Below are positions 28,768-37,272 of a stretch of 64,000 nt of DNA, one piece after another (the stretch's first letter is position 1; each line of letters starts with the position of its first letter). The DNA is from Myxococcota bacterium. Lineage in GTDB: Bacteria > Myxococcota_A > Polyangia > Nannocystales > Nannocystaceae. The notes under the pieces were generated by a model that was given only the letters and a program-made list of their open reading frames with translations, searched no databases and was not told the origin of the DNA. The stretch covers positions 192,001-256,000 of the forward strand of contig JBCCHT010000004.1 in the NCBI GenBank assembly GCA_039028615.1, written 5' to 3'. The translations under genes and the position numbers were made by a program.

Positions 28768-29853
28768 GTGAGGCGCTCGGTCGTTCGGCACTGCTCGATG
28801 CTCGCGTTGGCTTTGGCCGCGTGCCAGCCCCTGCCCGAGGTCGAGTACGAGACGGAACGCCTGTCGCTCGCCACCGACTTCGATGAGCCCGTGTGCGCGG
28901 GGACCTTGGCCGCATTGGACAGCGCCGCCGCTCACATCGACGACACCTTTGCCCGCGACGACAACGACGATCGCTACGTCGTGTATTGGCTCGAGGACGA
29001 GCTGTCCGACTTCTGCGACGACGATGCGTCCGGTTGCTACTACCCCGGCACGCGGGTGGTGTTCGCCCACGCCGAGAGCATCGCGCACGAGCTGGTGCAC
29101 GCGACCATCGACTCCCCGGGCGATGCGTTCTTCATGGAAGAGGGCATCGCGGAGCTCTACGGAGGCACCGGGGTTCGGCATCGAGCGTCGAACATCGAAG
29201 GCCGGCTCGCGTCGCAGCTGATGCTGTCGCGGCGGGACTACGAGCACGGGCGGCTGAGCTATCCGCAGGCGGCCCACTTCACCCACTGGCTGCGAGAGAC
29301 CGAGGGCATCTCGGCGGTGCAGCGGCTGGCCTCCCATCTGTCGGAGGGCGCCGACGATGCGGAGATCGGGACTCAGCTCGAGCTGATCTTCGGGGAGCTG
29401 CTGCCGACCATCGAAGACCGCTATCGCGAAGAGGCGCCCCGGCTGTACCGAGGGATCTACGACGACCAGATCGAGACGGCCCAGCTCGGCGACACCACGC
29501 TGTGGGCCAAGATGCGGCTCAACTGCTCCAGCGAGCACGTGCTCGGCCCCTTGCCCGGGCCCACCGAGGGCATGGCGCGACTGCTGCGGCTGGAGGTTCC
29601 GCAGCGGCGAGATGCTCGACTGGTGGTGCATGGCGATCCGGGGACCTGGGTGGAGATCGTGGATCCCTATGTGGCCGACCGCGAGTTCTCGACACCGTGG
29701 TGGCCGACCCGAGACCACGAGGGACGGCTGGTACGAGCCGAGCCCGGCATGTCGGCCAGCGTGACGCTCGACGCGGGCACCTACCTCGTGGTGTTCGCGT
29801 CCATGGGCACGACGCCTCGGCTCGTCGAGCTGCAGATCCTCCGCGGACGCTGA
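28768..29853 (+). CDS. Lipoprotein, putative gluzincin zinc metallopeptidase
   Basis: Lipobox LAAC, 'HELVH' and downstream 'EEGIAE'. Confidence 0.7.
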   Translation: MRRSVVRHCSMLALALAACQPLPEVEYETERLSLATDFDEPVCAGTLAALDSAAAHIDDTFARDDNDDRYVVYWLEDELSDFCDDDASGCYYPGTRVVFAHAESIAHELVHATIDSPGDAFFMEEGIAELYGGTGVRHRASNIEGRLASQLMLSRRDYEHGRLSYPQAAHFTHWLRETEGISAVQRLASHLSEGADDAEIGTQLELIFGELLPTIEDRYREEAPRLYRGIYDDQIETAQLGDTTLWAKMRLNCSSEHVLGPLPGPTEGMARLLRLEVPQRRDARLVVHGDPGTWVEIVDPYVADREFSTPWWPTRDHEGRLVRAEPGMSASVTLDAGTYLVVFASMGTTPRLVELQILRGR

Positions 29854-30013
29854 GCCCCGCCGATCCCGCGTCGCGGCGCCGTCGGGGCATCGTCTCGTCG
29901 GCGTTCGCCCTGGACTGACGCCCACGCGCACGGCTTGGACGTGTCGTCGGCCCGAACCACGCGTCAGCGCGCCGCCGCGTCGGCGGGCGCAGACATGACC
30001 GCGGGACGGCCCC

Positions 30014-30517
30014 TCACTCCGGGGGTTCGGAGCTCAGGGGCGGCTCTTCGCTCTGGCGGGACTCGACACACTCGACGCACGATTCCTCGGCCTCGTTGCA
30101 CTCGAGTTCACCCTTGCGGCACAGGTCGCGATAGTCGTCCTCGCCGGGGAGGTCGTCCGCGATATCGCAGAGCTTCTCCTTGACGGTGCAGATCTGCGAC
30201 GCGAGAGAGCAGAGTTCTTCGCAGACGCCGAAGGTGGCATCGGAGGTCGCGGAGACCTCGGCATGGCGCGTGCGCAGGGCCTGCAGCAGCTCGGCGTGGC
30301 GACTGATGTCGCTCGTCTGCTCGTGCGGGCCTTCGGGATCGGGACCGTCGGGGACGGCATGGTTGCCCCGCCCCGGAGTCACGGTGCCGCTGCCGGCCTG
30401 GGCTCGACAACCGCCGAGCGCAGCCACCACGCACAGGACTACGCCCAATCGTGCGCCCGACCCCGCCATGCGGCGGGCGAGCCCTCGCGGGAGGCTTCGT
30501 CGTTGCGTGACCCTCAT
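30014..30517 (-). CDS. Cys-rich hypothetical lipoprotein
   Basis: Lipobox LGGC, eight Cys in a helical C-terminal segment, ATGA overlap with the upstream gene. Confidence 0.7.
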   Translation of the reverse strand: MRVTQRRSLPRGLARRMAGSGARLGVVLCVVAALGGCRAQAGSGTVTPGRGNHAVPDGPDPEGPHEQTSDISRHAELLQALRTRHAEVSATSDATFGVCEELCSLASQICTVKEKLCDIADDLPGEDDYRDLCRKGELECNEAEESCVECVESRQSEEPPLSSEPPE

Positions 30518-31065
30518 GGTTCCAGCTCCTGGCGCAGCAGAGACATCATCTCGATCGACCGCGCGTAGCTACCCGCGGCCAGAGCATCATCGCCGGTCTT
30601 CACGGCGGCATCACCCAACACCACCAGCGCTCGGGCGGTGGCTCGGTCGAGCGGCAGCGAGCGCTCGACGGTGAGCATCGGTTGCAGCAACTCCCGGGCG
30701 GCTCGAGCCCCGTGGGGATCGGCGAGCAGTTCCTCGCCGAGTCGGGCCGCCAAGTCGAGGCGCATGATCTCGGCCTCGGCGAGCCCCGCCGGAACGGGGA
30801 GCGCCAGGCCGCGGCGCAGCGCCCTGCGTCGATCGTCGCCCGTGCGAGCGTCGGCGTCGGCATGAACGTCGGCGACCGAGCGCAGGTACACGAGCCCCTC
30901 GGGCGTGGGCGTGCTGGGGTCGACCGCGTGGGTGCGAAGCGTGGCGTCGGGCTTGCCGACTTCCTTCGGCGAATCGCCGGTCGGGTCACAGCCCGCCGTG
31001 GCTACGGTGGCCAGGACGGTCACGGCCATCCACGGGCCGAGCCAGCGATGGACGAGCTTCGGCAT
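30514..31065 (-). CDS. Hypothetical helical (TPR-like) lipoprotein
   Basis: 'MPKLVHRW...TAGC' signal; TGATG overlap with the upstream gene. Confidence 0.65.
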   Translation of the reverse strand: MPKLVHRWLGPWMAVTVLATVATAGCDPTGDSPKEVGKPDATLRTHAVDPSTPTPEGLVYLRSVADVHADADARTGDDRRRALRRGLALPVPAGLAEAEIMRLDLAARLGEELLADPHGARAARELLQPMLTVERSLPLDRATARALVVLGDAAVKTGDDALAAGSYARSIEMMSLLRQELEP

Positions 31066-31628
31066 CACTCGCCTCCCCGAGTCGCCCGTAGGCGAGCTTC
31101 GTAGTCGGCGGCGACCGAGCTGGCCCGAGCGCCGTCTTTGTCGCCGAGAATGTCGATGGCCATGCGAGCCGCCTCGCCCGCGCTCTGGGTGGCGGCCTGG
31201 CGCTCTTGCGAGGCCGGCGGCGCGACGTCGAAGCGAGGGATCAAGGCGAGCCCCGCCACCAGGCCGAGCCCGGCGACCATGCCTCGCCAGCCGCCCAGGC
31301 CGTTGGCCGCGGGCGACTCGCTCGGGTCGACCACGGGAGCCGGCGTGCGGGAGGCGATCTGTCGCCACACCCGATGCCGCTCGAGCGGAAGCAGGGCGTC
31401 CATGGACGGAGCCGGCCCCGTCCAGCGCGACAGACCCACCAAGGTCGCCACCGTGCCGACGTCTTCGTCGTCGAGTCCCGTCGCGGTCGTGCTGGCGAAG
31501 GCCAGCTCGTCGTCGGCGATCGGGTCTTCCCCGAGCGCAGCCAACTCGGCGGCAATGCGCTCGGCATCGGCCGCCGCGGCGGGTGGTGCCCCCGAGGGGG
31601 TCGCGTGATCATGCTTTGGTTGCATCAT
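31065..31628 (-). CDS. Putative single-pass anti-sigma factor
   Basis: Coupled (ATGA) directly after the ECF sigma gene. One TM 'GMVAGLGLVAGLALI'. The function is inferred from position only. Confidence 0.5.
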   Translation of the reverse strand: MMQPKHDHATPSGAPPAAAADAERIAAELAALGEDPIADDELAFASTTATGLDDEDVGTVATLVGLSRWTGPAPSMDALLPLERHRVWRQIASRTPAPVVDPSESPAANGLGGWRGMVAGLGLVAGLALIPRFDVAPPASQERQAATQSAGEAARMAIDILGDKDGARASSVAADYEARLRATRGGE

Positions 31629-32248
31629 GGGTGCCCGAACTCGCGCTTGGGTCCGTCGCCATAGCGTTGAACGTAAACCTTGCGGAACGCCTTACACGCG
31701 CGGAAGAGCAGCACGTCGAGGGTACCAATGGAGACTTCCATCGTCTCGGCTGCATTGTCTCTTGCCATGCCTTGCACCAAACGAAGCTCCAGTACCCGGC
31801 GGTATCGAGGGTTGATCTCCTCGAGGCACTCGTCGATGCGTTCGCGCAACAGCCCGGTGATTTCCTTGTGGGCGGCAAGAGTCTCGCCGTTCCACTCCCC
31901 GGGATCGGGGATGAGCTGTTCGTATTCCGTAGGCCAAGCCCCGACACGACCCGACTTGCGGAGGTGATCGAGGCAGAGATTCTTGGCGATGCGGATGAGC
32001 CAGGGCAGCACGCCCTTGCCCTGCCACTGGAACCGCCCGATGTTTTCCATGGCCCGAACGAATGTGTCCGCCAGGAGATCCTCGGCCAGCGTGCGGTCGT
32101 GGACCAACGGGAGGATCGCGTACCGAAACACCGACGGTGCGTAGCGCTTGTACAGCGCCCGAAACGCAGCGGCTTCGCCAGCTTGCGCCCGCACCACGAG
32201 GGCACGCTCATCGTCGGGAGACAGAACATTGGGATCGGATCCGTTCAC
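31625..32248 (-). CDS. ECF RNA polymerase sigma-70 factor
   Basis: 'DERALV..AQAG..AAF..LY..Y', 'AEDL...TF', 'WLIRIAKNLCLDHLRK' and a region 4 HTH. Start is uncertain. Confidence 0.92.
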   Translation of the reverse strand: MNGSDPNVLSPDDERALVVRAQAGEAAAFRALYKRYAPSVFRYAILPLVHDRTLAEDLLADTFVRAMENIGRFQWQGKGVLPWLIRIAKNLCLDHLRKSGRVGAWPTEYEQLIPDPGEWNGETLAAHKEITGLLRERIDECLEEINPRYRRVLELRLVQGMARDNAAETMEVSIGTLDVLLFRACKAFRKVYVQRYGDGPKREFGHP

Positions 32249-32584
32249 GCTGAGTCGCTCGGCGGGCCTCGGAACTGCGCTTGTCACGCAAATTCGCACC
32301 TGGGATTGGGCCATCGGCGCCGGGCACACAGGGAAACATCGCTCCTCGTGGGTGGCAACGGGGGCCCGCCCGCCGCCTTACATCGGCCCACGGGCCGGCC
32401 CTTCGTGAGCGGTCGCTCGGCCGAGAAATCTTAGCGTTGAGCCAGACGAAACCGTGATTGGACCGATGACGTCCAAGGGGTACGAGCAGGGTCGATCACG
32501 GCCTCGCTTGACCCCGATGGTGCGCGGCGGTATCCGCCCGAACGCAGATCGGGGCCTCGCCAAGTCCCCGCTCGTGGGGTTTCC

Positions 32585-34321
32585 GTGCACCTTCTCACGA
32601 ACATTGCCGCTCTGCTTCTCGTCGCGCCCGCTCCCCAAACGCCGCCGGAGCCCGCTGCCGACGATTCCACCACCGCGCCCGCGGCTGCTCCTGCAGCTGG
32701 GCCCGCGGTCGCCGATCCTCCGGCCGAGCCGGGCCCGGCCCCTGCTCCCGCGACGGCGCCCGACGATCCGCCCGCGCCTTCGGTCGAGATGACGGGGCTG
32801 TCGGACGGCTACGAGCCGCCCTTCCCCAGCGACGAGCTCGAGCTTTCGGCCGTGCTGCAGCGCTCGCTCGAGACCAACCTCGACCTGAGCGTCAACGCCA
32901 TCGACATCGACATCAGCGAGGCGCAGGTCCTGGCCGCGCTCGGGGCCTACGACGTGTTCATCACCGCGGGTGTCAACGGCAACATGTCCCAGACGCCGCA
33001 GCGTGGTTCTGCCTTCACCTTCGCTCTCGGTGCCCGCACGGTGGGCGCCAACTTCGGGGTGTCGCGTCAGCTGGAGACGGGCGGCAACGTCTCCGTCGAC
33101 ATCCGGGCGAGCCGCAACCTCACCGACCAGCCCATCAACTTCTTCGACGCCGACGCCGGCTCGCTGTCGCTGGCGACGTACTCCGTCGTGCCCACGCTGA
33201 CCGTCTCGCATCCGTTGCTCAAGGGCGCCGGGCTGCGAGTCAACCGAGCCGACATCAACCGGGCCAAGATCGCGGTCAGCCAGGCCGAGGCCACCCGTCA
33301 GCTCACCGCCCAGAACCTGGTGCGCGACATCATCAGCGCCTACTGGGATCTGCTCTTCACCCACCGCGACCTCGAGAACAAGCGCCGCAGCGTCGAGCTG
33401 GCCCAGAGCCAGCTCGAGCGTACGCGGGCGCTGGTGGCCGCCGGTCGCCTCTCGCCGGTCGACGCCAAGGCGGTCGAGCAAGCCCTGGCCGCGCGCGAGA
33501 GCGACGTCATCAATGCCGAGAACGCGCTGCTCGACGCCAGCCTCAACCTGCGCACCTTGATGGGCGAGTCGCTCGCCGACCAAGACACGCTGGGCGTGCT
33601 CCCCATGACCGATCCCGTGGTCAAGCCGCGACCGGTCGACATCAAGAGCGAGCTGCAAAACGCCATGGCTCAGAACCCGCAGGTGCGGCAGCTGCAGCTG
33701 GGCATCGAGAGCCGTCGCATCGACGAGCTGGTCGCGGCCAACAACCGCCTGCCGCAGCTCGACGTCAGCGGCTCGTTCACGCCGCAGGGTCGAAGTGTCG
33801 ACACCGTGCCCGACGCCCAGACCGGCGATCCCGGCACGCAGGGCAGCTGGCCCGAGGCCTTCCGCAACATCTTCAGCGACGACGTCCGCAACGACGGGCT
33901 GCTCGCCGACTGGACCCTCACCGGGCAGATCAGCCTGACCTGGGACGTGCAGAACCGCGGCCCCAAGGGTCAGCACGAGGCCGCCCTGCTGCAGCTGAAG
34001 AAAGCCGAGGTCCAGCTCGACCAGGTGCGTCAGCAGGTCGCGGCCGGCGTCATCCGGGCCGCCAACGGTCTGCGCACCGCCTCCAAGGTCATGGAGGTCG
34101 CCGACATCTCGCTCGAGCTCGCCAAGGAGAACCTCGAGGCCGAGCAGGCGCGCTTCGAGGTCGGTCGCTCGACCAACTACGACGTGCTCCAGCGCCTCGA
34201 CGAGGTCGACACGGCCGCCGCCTCCGCGCTCAGTACGCAGATCAACTACCTCAAGGCGTTGGTCCAGCTGCAGGCACTCAACGGCGAGATCCTCCCCGCC
34301 TACGGGCTCGATCTCCCCTAG
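32585..34321 (+). CDS. TolC-family outer membrane protein
   Basis: Signal and Pro-rich N-terminus, duplicated OEP pattern, 'N.RLPQLD', 'AEQARFEVGRST'. Confidence 0.88.
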   Translation: MHLLTNIAALLLVAPAPQTPPEPAADDSTTAPAAAPAAGPAVADPPAEPGPAPAPATAPDDPPAPSVEMTGLSDGYEPPFPSDELELSAVLQRSLETNLDLSVNAIDIDISEAQVLAALGAYDVFITAGVNGNMSQTPQRGSAFTFALGARTVGANFGVSRQLETGGNVSVDIRASRNLTDQPINFFDADAGSLSLATYSVVPTLTVSHPLLKGAGLRVNRADINRAKIAVSQAEATRQLTAQNLVRDIISAYWDLLFTHRDLENKRRSVELAQSQLERTRALVAAGRLSPVDAKAVEQALAARESDVINAENALLDASLNLRTLMGESLADQDTLGVLPMTDPVVKPRPVDIKSELQNAMAQNPQVRQLQLGIESRRIDELVAANNRLPQLDVSGSFTPQGRSVDTVPDAQTGDPGTQGSWPEAFRNIFSDDVRNDGLLADWTLTGQISLTWDVQNRGPKGQHEAALLQLKKAEVQLDQVRQQVAAGVIRAANGLRTASKVMEVADISLELAKENLEAEQARFEVGRSTNYDVLQRLDEVDTAAASALSTQINYLKALVQLQALNGEILPAYGLDLP

Positions 34322-34602
34322 CAAGCACCCGGCGCGCAGCCGTCATCGCACCCGCGTGCGGTGCGATCGCGTCGTGTCGTTCAGTCCCCACCATGGCGCG
34401 TGTGCTCGGCCCGCGATGGCCCGTGCACGGGTCGGGATCGCCGCCAGAAAACCCTGCAATGTCGAGGGGTGTCTGAACATTGCCGCCTCACTCGCGGACG
34501 CGCGAACGCTTGTCGTCGTCGGGCCGCACGTGATAGCTTGAAAATCCCCGAGGGTGTGATTCGCGCTCACATTTCAAGCCCACGGGACCACGGAGTTTCC
34601 AA

Positions 34603-34836
34603 ATGTCCTCAGCCGAGATCGCCGATAACAAGTGGGAGCTCAGCTCCACCAAGCCCCCTCTCAAGAGCGCGGGCGGAATCATGCAGTTGGCTCTCATGGG
34701 TGGCTTCGTTGCGCTGTTCGGCTGGTTGATCGGCTCTTCGGTCATCGGCCTCGTCACGCCCAAGGCCGAAGATGGCGGCCTCGCGGGCAAGTACAAGAAC
34801 ATGGGCGTCGACGGCGAAAAGGCCGCGGAAGAATAG
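34603..34836 (+). CDS. Small single-TM protein (77 aa)
   Basis: GGAG ribosome-binding site upstream, GC-rich third positions, one hydrophobic helix. Confidence 0.65.
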   Translation: MSSAEIADNKWELSSTKPPLKSAGGIMQLALMGGFVALFGWLIGSSVIGLVTPKAEDGGLAGKYKNMGVDGEKAAEE

Positions 34837-34860
34837 TCGCCCTCGCGGGCTCGTTCCGCC

Positions 34861-35739
34861 ATGTCACGCGATCGCGTGATCCATAGCGACGATCTGCCCT
34901 GGACCTCGGAGGAGCGCGGAGAACTCTTCGCGCGCCGTCGTCGTCGTCTGGCGGACTCGACCGAAGCGCAGAACCTCGGGTGCAGCATGATCGAGCTGGA
35001 CCCGGGGAAGACCGCGTTCCCGTTCCACTATCACCTGGCGAACGAGGAAGCGCTGTACGTGCTCGCGGGAGAGGGCACGCTGCGCTTGGGTGCCGAGCGC
35101 GTGCGCGTTCGAACGGGGGACTACATTGCGTTCCCACCAGGCCCCGAGCACGCCCATCAGCTGACCAACACGGGCAGCGAGGTGCTGCGCTACCTCGTGG
35201 TCTCCACCATGGCTCGACCGGAGATCGCGGTCTATCCCGACTCGGGCAAGGTCGGCGTCTACGGCACGCTGCCGCCCGACAAAAACGGTGAGCCCCGCGG
35301 CGGTGCCATGTTCCCCATGGACGCACGGGTCGGCTACTGGGACGGCGAGGTCGAGCCCTCGGGCGATGCCGAGCGGGCCGAGTCGAGCGAGGCTCCCGAA
35401 GATCCCGTCGAGGCCCAGCGCCAACGCGAGGCGGCTCTCGACGAGAGGGTCGAGTCCGATCTCGAGGCGCTCAAGCGCAAGCTCGAAGCCGAGGGGCACA
35501 CACAGCCCTCAGCGCCCGAACCACAGCCCGAGCCCGAGCCTGCGCCGTCGTCCGACACCGCGGGCGACAGCGACATCGAGGACGATCTCGAGGCGCTCAA
35601 GCGCAAGATCGCGGCCGAGCGAGCGGGCGGTCAGTCGAAGGCCGACGCCGAACCGGCCGCCTCGTCGAGTTCATCCGCGAGCCCGAGACCCAGCGACGAT
35701 CTCGACGAGCTCAAGCGTCAGCTCGACTCCGATTCCTAG
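34861..35739 (+). CDS. Cupin-domain protein with an acidic C-terminal extension
   Basis: 'PFHYHLANEEALYVLAGEG...GDYIAFPPG..HAHQL.N', 'YPDSGK'. Confidence 0.85.
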   Translation: MSRDRVIHSDDLPWTSEERGELFARRRRRLADSTEAQNLGCSMIELDPGKTAFPFHYHLANEEALYVLAGEGTLRLGAERVRVRTGDYIAFPPGPEHAHQLTNTGSEVLRYLVVSTMARPEIAVYPDSGKVGVYGTLPPDKNGEPRGGAMFPMDARVGYWDGEVEPSGDAERAESSEAPEDPVEAQRQREAALDERVESDLEALKRKLEAEGHTQPSAPEPQPEPEPAPSSDTAGDSDIEDDLEALKRKIAAERAGGQSKADAEPAASSSSSASPRPSDDLDELKRQLDSDS

Positions 35740-35750
35740 TTCGAGACGGC

Positions 35751-36182
35751 TCAGCCCTGCGGCAAGCGAACCGGCACCATCGTCGTGCCCGGCTCCCCCA
35801 AAAACAGCCCGCGCACCTCGAGTCGGCGCTCCCGCTTGAACACCTGGAGCCGGTACCGACCCGCGGGTGGCTCCTCGATGGCGAAGACCCCCTGGTCGTC
35901 CGTCAAGGTGGTCAACTCCACCACCTCGGGCGCAGCGTCTTCGGCGACCTCGCGCTCGAGGAACACCGTGGCCTGCGCCAGCGGTATCGCGGTCTCCGCC
36001 GTCACCACCTGCCCCAGCAAGCACGAGTTGGCGGTGGCGCAGCGCGGCTGCACGAAGGTCACGCCACCCCGATGGGACGCGCGAACGGGCGGATTCGTGG
36101 GCGCAGGCACCGTACAGGCGGGGCCAAACCCCAGTGCGGTCATGAGCAAGGCTCTTACGGCGGTACGCATACCCTTCTTCAT
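35751..36182 (-). CDS. Carboxypeptidase-regulatory-like domain lipoprotein
   Basis: 'GQVVTAET..PLAQATV', 'TDDQGVF.I...PAGRYRL'. Confidence 0.65.
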   Translation of the reverse strand: MKKGMRTAVRALLMTALGFGPACTVPAPTNPPVRASHRGGVTFVQPRCATANSCLLGQVVTAETAIPLAQATVFLEREVAEDAAPEVVELTTLTDDQGVFAIEEPPAGRYRLQVFKRERRLEVRGLFLGEPGTTMVPVRLPQG

Positions 36183-36463
36183 CCCTCCGGCGCCCTGCCC
36201 GATCCCGTCCAGGCCCGCCCACCACGCTACCGGTGGTCCAGGGCCTCGTCCAGAGCCGCGGCAGGCGGCCATCGTGGTCTGCTCGAACTAACGCTGGCTC
36301 TGCCGCCGGCTTTCACCGGCGCCACCGACACTCGCGCCCCGCGGGACCAAACCCGGCAACGGCCCGTGAATGCTCCCGCAGGTGCTCTCGCTCGCCTGCC
36401 CTTTGCACGAGCGTGGACCGCGTCGTACGCTGAAGGCTCGAAACCGAGGCCGGAGCATTCAAC

Positions 36464-37189
36464 ATGGTGGGAATTCGCCGCGCGATCGCGCTTCTCTTCC
36501 TCAGCTTCTACGTCACGTACTTCGGGCTGACGGCAGCGCTGAATCCTGACTTCTTTGCCTGCTTCTTCGGCCTGACCATGGTCTACGGCATCGCGTTCGT
36601 AGGCCTGTCCGCGGAGTGGTTCTGGGCCCGGTGGTTCGCCATCGGGGTGGGCAACTTCGGCTCGTTGATCTTGCTGGTGTTGTTCCAGGCCGAGACCGTC
36701 GACCCGATCATCGTGTTCGTCGGCGGCACGCACTTGGCCATCTGGCTCATGCTGCTGGGGGAGGGCATGGCCGCCAAGTACGAGTACTCCGAGGCCACGG
36801 CCGAGCGCTGGAACCTGCAGGAGGAGTCGCTCATCCTCATGCGCCGCGCCATCAAGTCGGCCGGCACCACCCTGCCCTTCCTCATCCTGTGGGCCCTCGG
36901 TCCTCGCGAGGAAGCCCCGGAGATGCTGGCCCTGGGCCTCGGCGTCGCCGGCCTCATCGGCCTGCTTCGCGGCCGCACGTGGGGCGTGTTTGCGCTGGGT
37001 GGCGCGGGTGCCCTGGCCTTGGCCGCTGGGCTCGGCGCCTTTGGCCCTCCGGGCATCGGCGTCCTGCTGCTCACGCCCTCGGGCTCCACCGCCATCGCCG
37101 GCACCATCGCGGGGCTCCTGGCGGGCGGCCTGCTCATCGTGCCGCTCATCTACGCTCGCCCCATGCTCCGGTTCCTGCGGGCGCGCTGA
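36464..37189 (+). CDS. Hypothetical polytopic membrane protein
   Basis: GGAG ribosome-binding site and about 7-8 hydrophobic segments. Confidence 0.75.
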   Translation: MVGIRRAIALLFLSFYVTYFGLTAALNPDFFACFFGLTMVYGIAFVGLSAEWFWARWFAIGVGNFGSLILLVLFQAETVDPIIVFVGGTHLAIWLMLLGEGMAAKYEYSEATAERWNLQEESLILMRRAIKSAGTTLPFLILWALGPREEAPEMLALGLGVAGLIGLLRGRTWGVFALGGAGALALAAGLGAFGPPGIGVLLLTPSGSTAIAGTIAGLLAGGLLIVPLIYARPMLRFLRAR

Positions 37190-37213
37190 GCGAACCTCTC
37201 GCGGTTTGCGATC

Positions 37214-37254
37214 AACGAAGGCCGAGCTCTCCCGAGCTCGGCCTTTGTTCGTTT
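37214..37254 (+). terminator. Intrinsic terminator
   Basis: Stem AAGGCCGAGCTC/GAGCTCGGCCTT with a 4-nt loop and a T-rich tail. Confidence 0.7.
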
Positions 37255-37272
37255 GGGCGTATCCTCCCCCCG

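Noticed and set aside
34555..34571. Canonical CRP site
   Set aside because: The spacer between TGTGA and TCACA is 7 bp rather than 6, so it is kept only as an unassigned palindrome.
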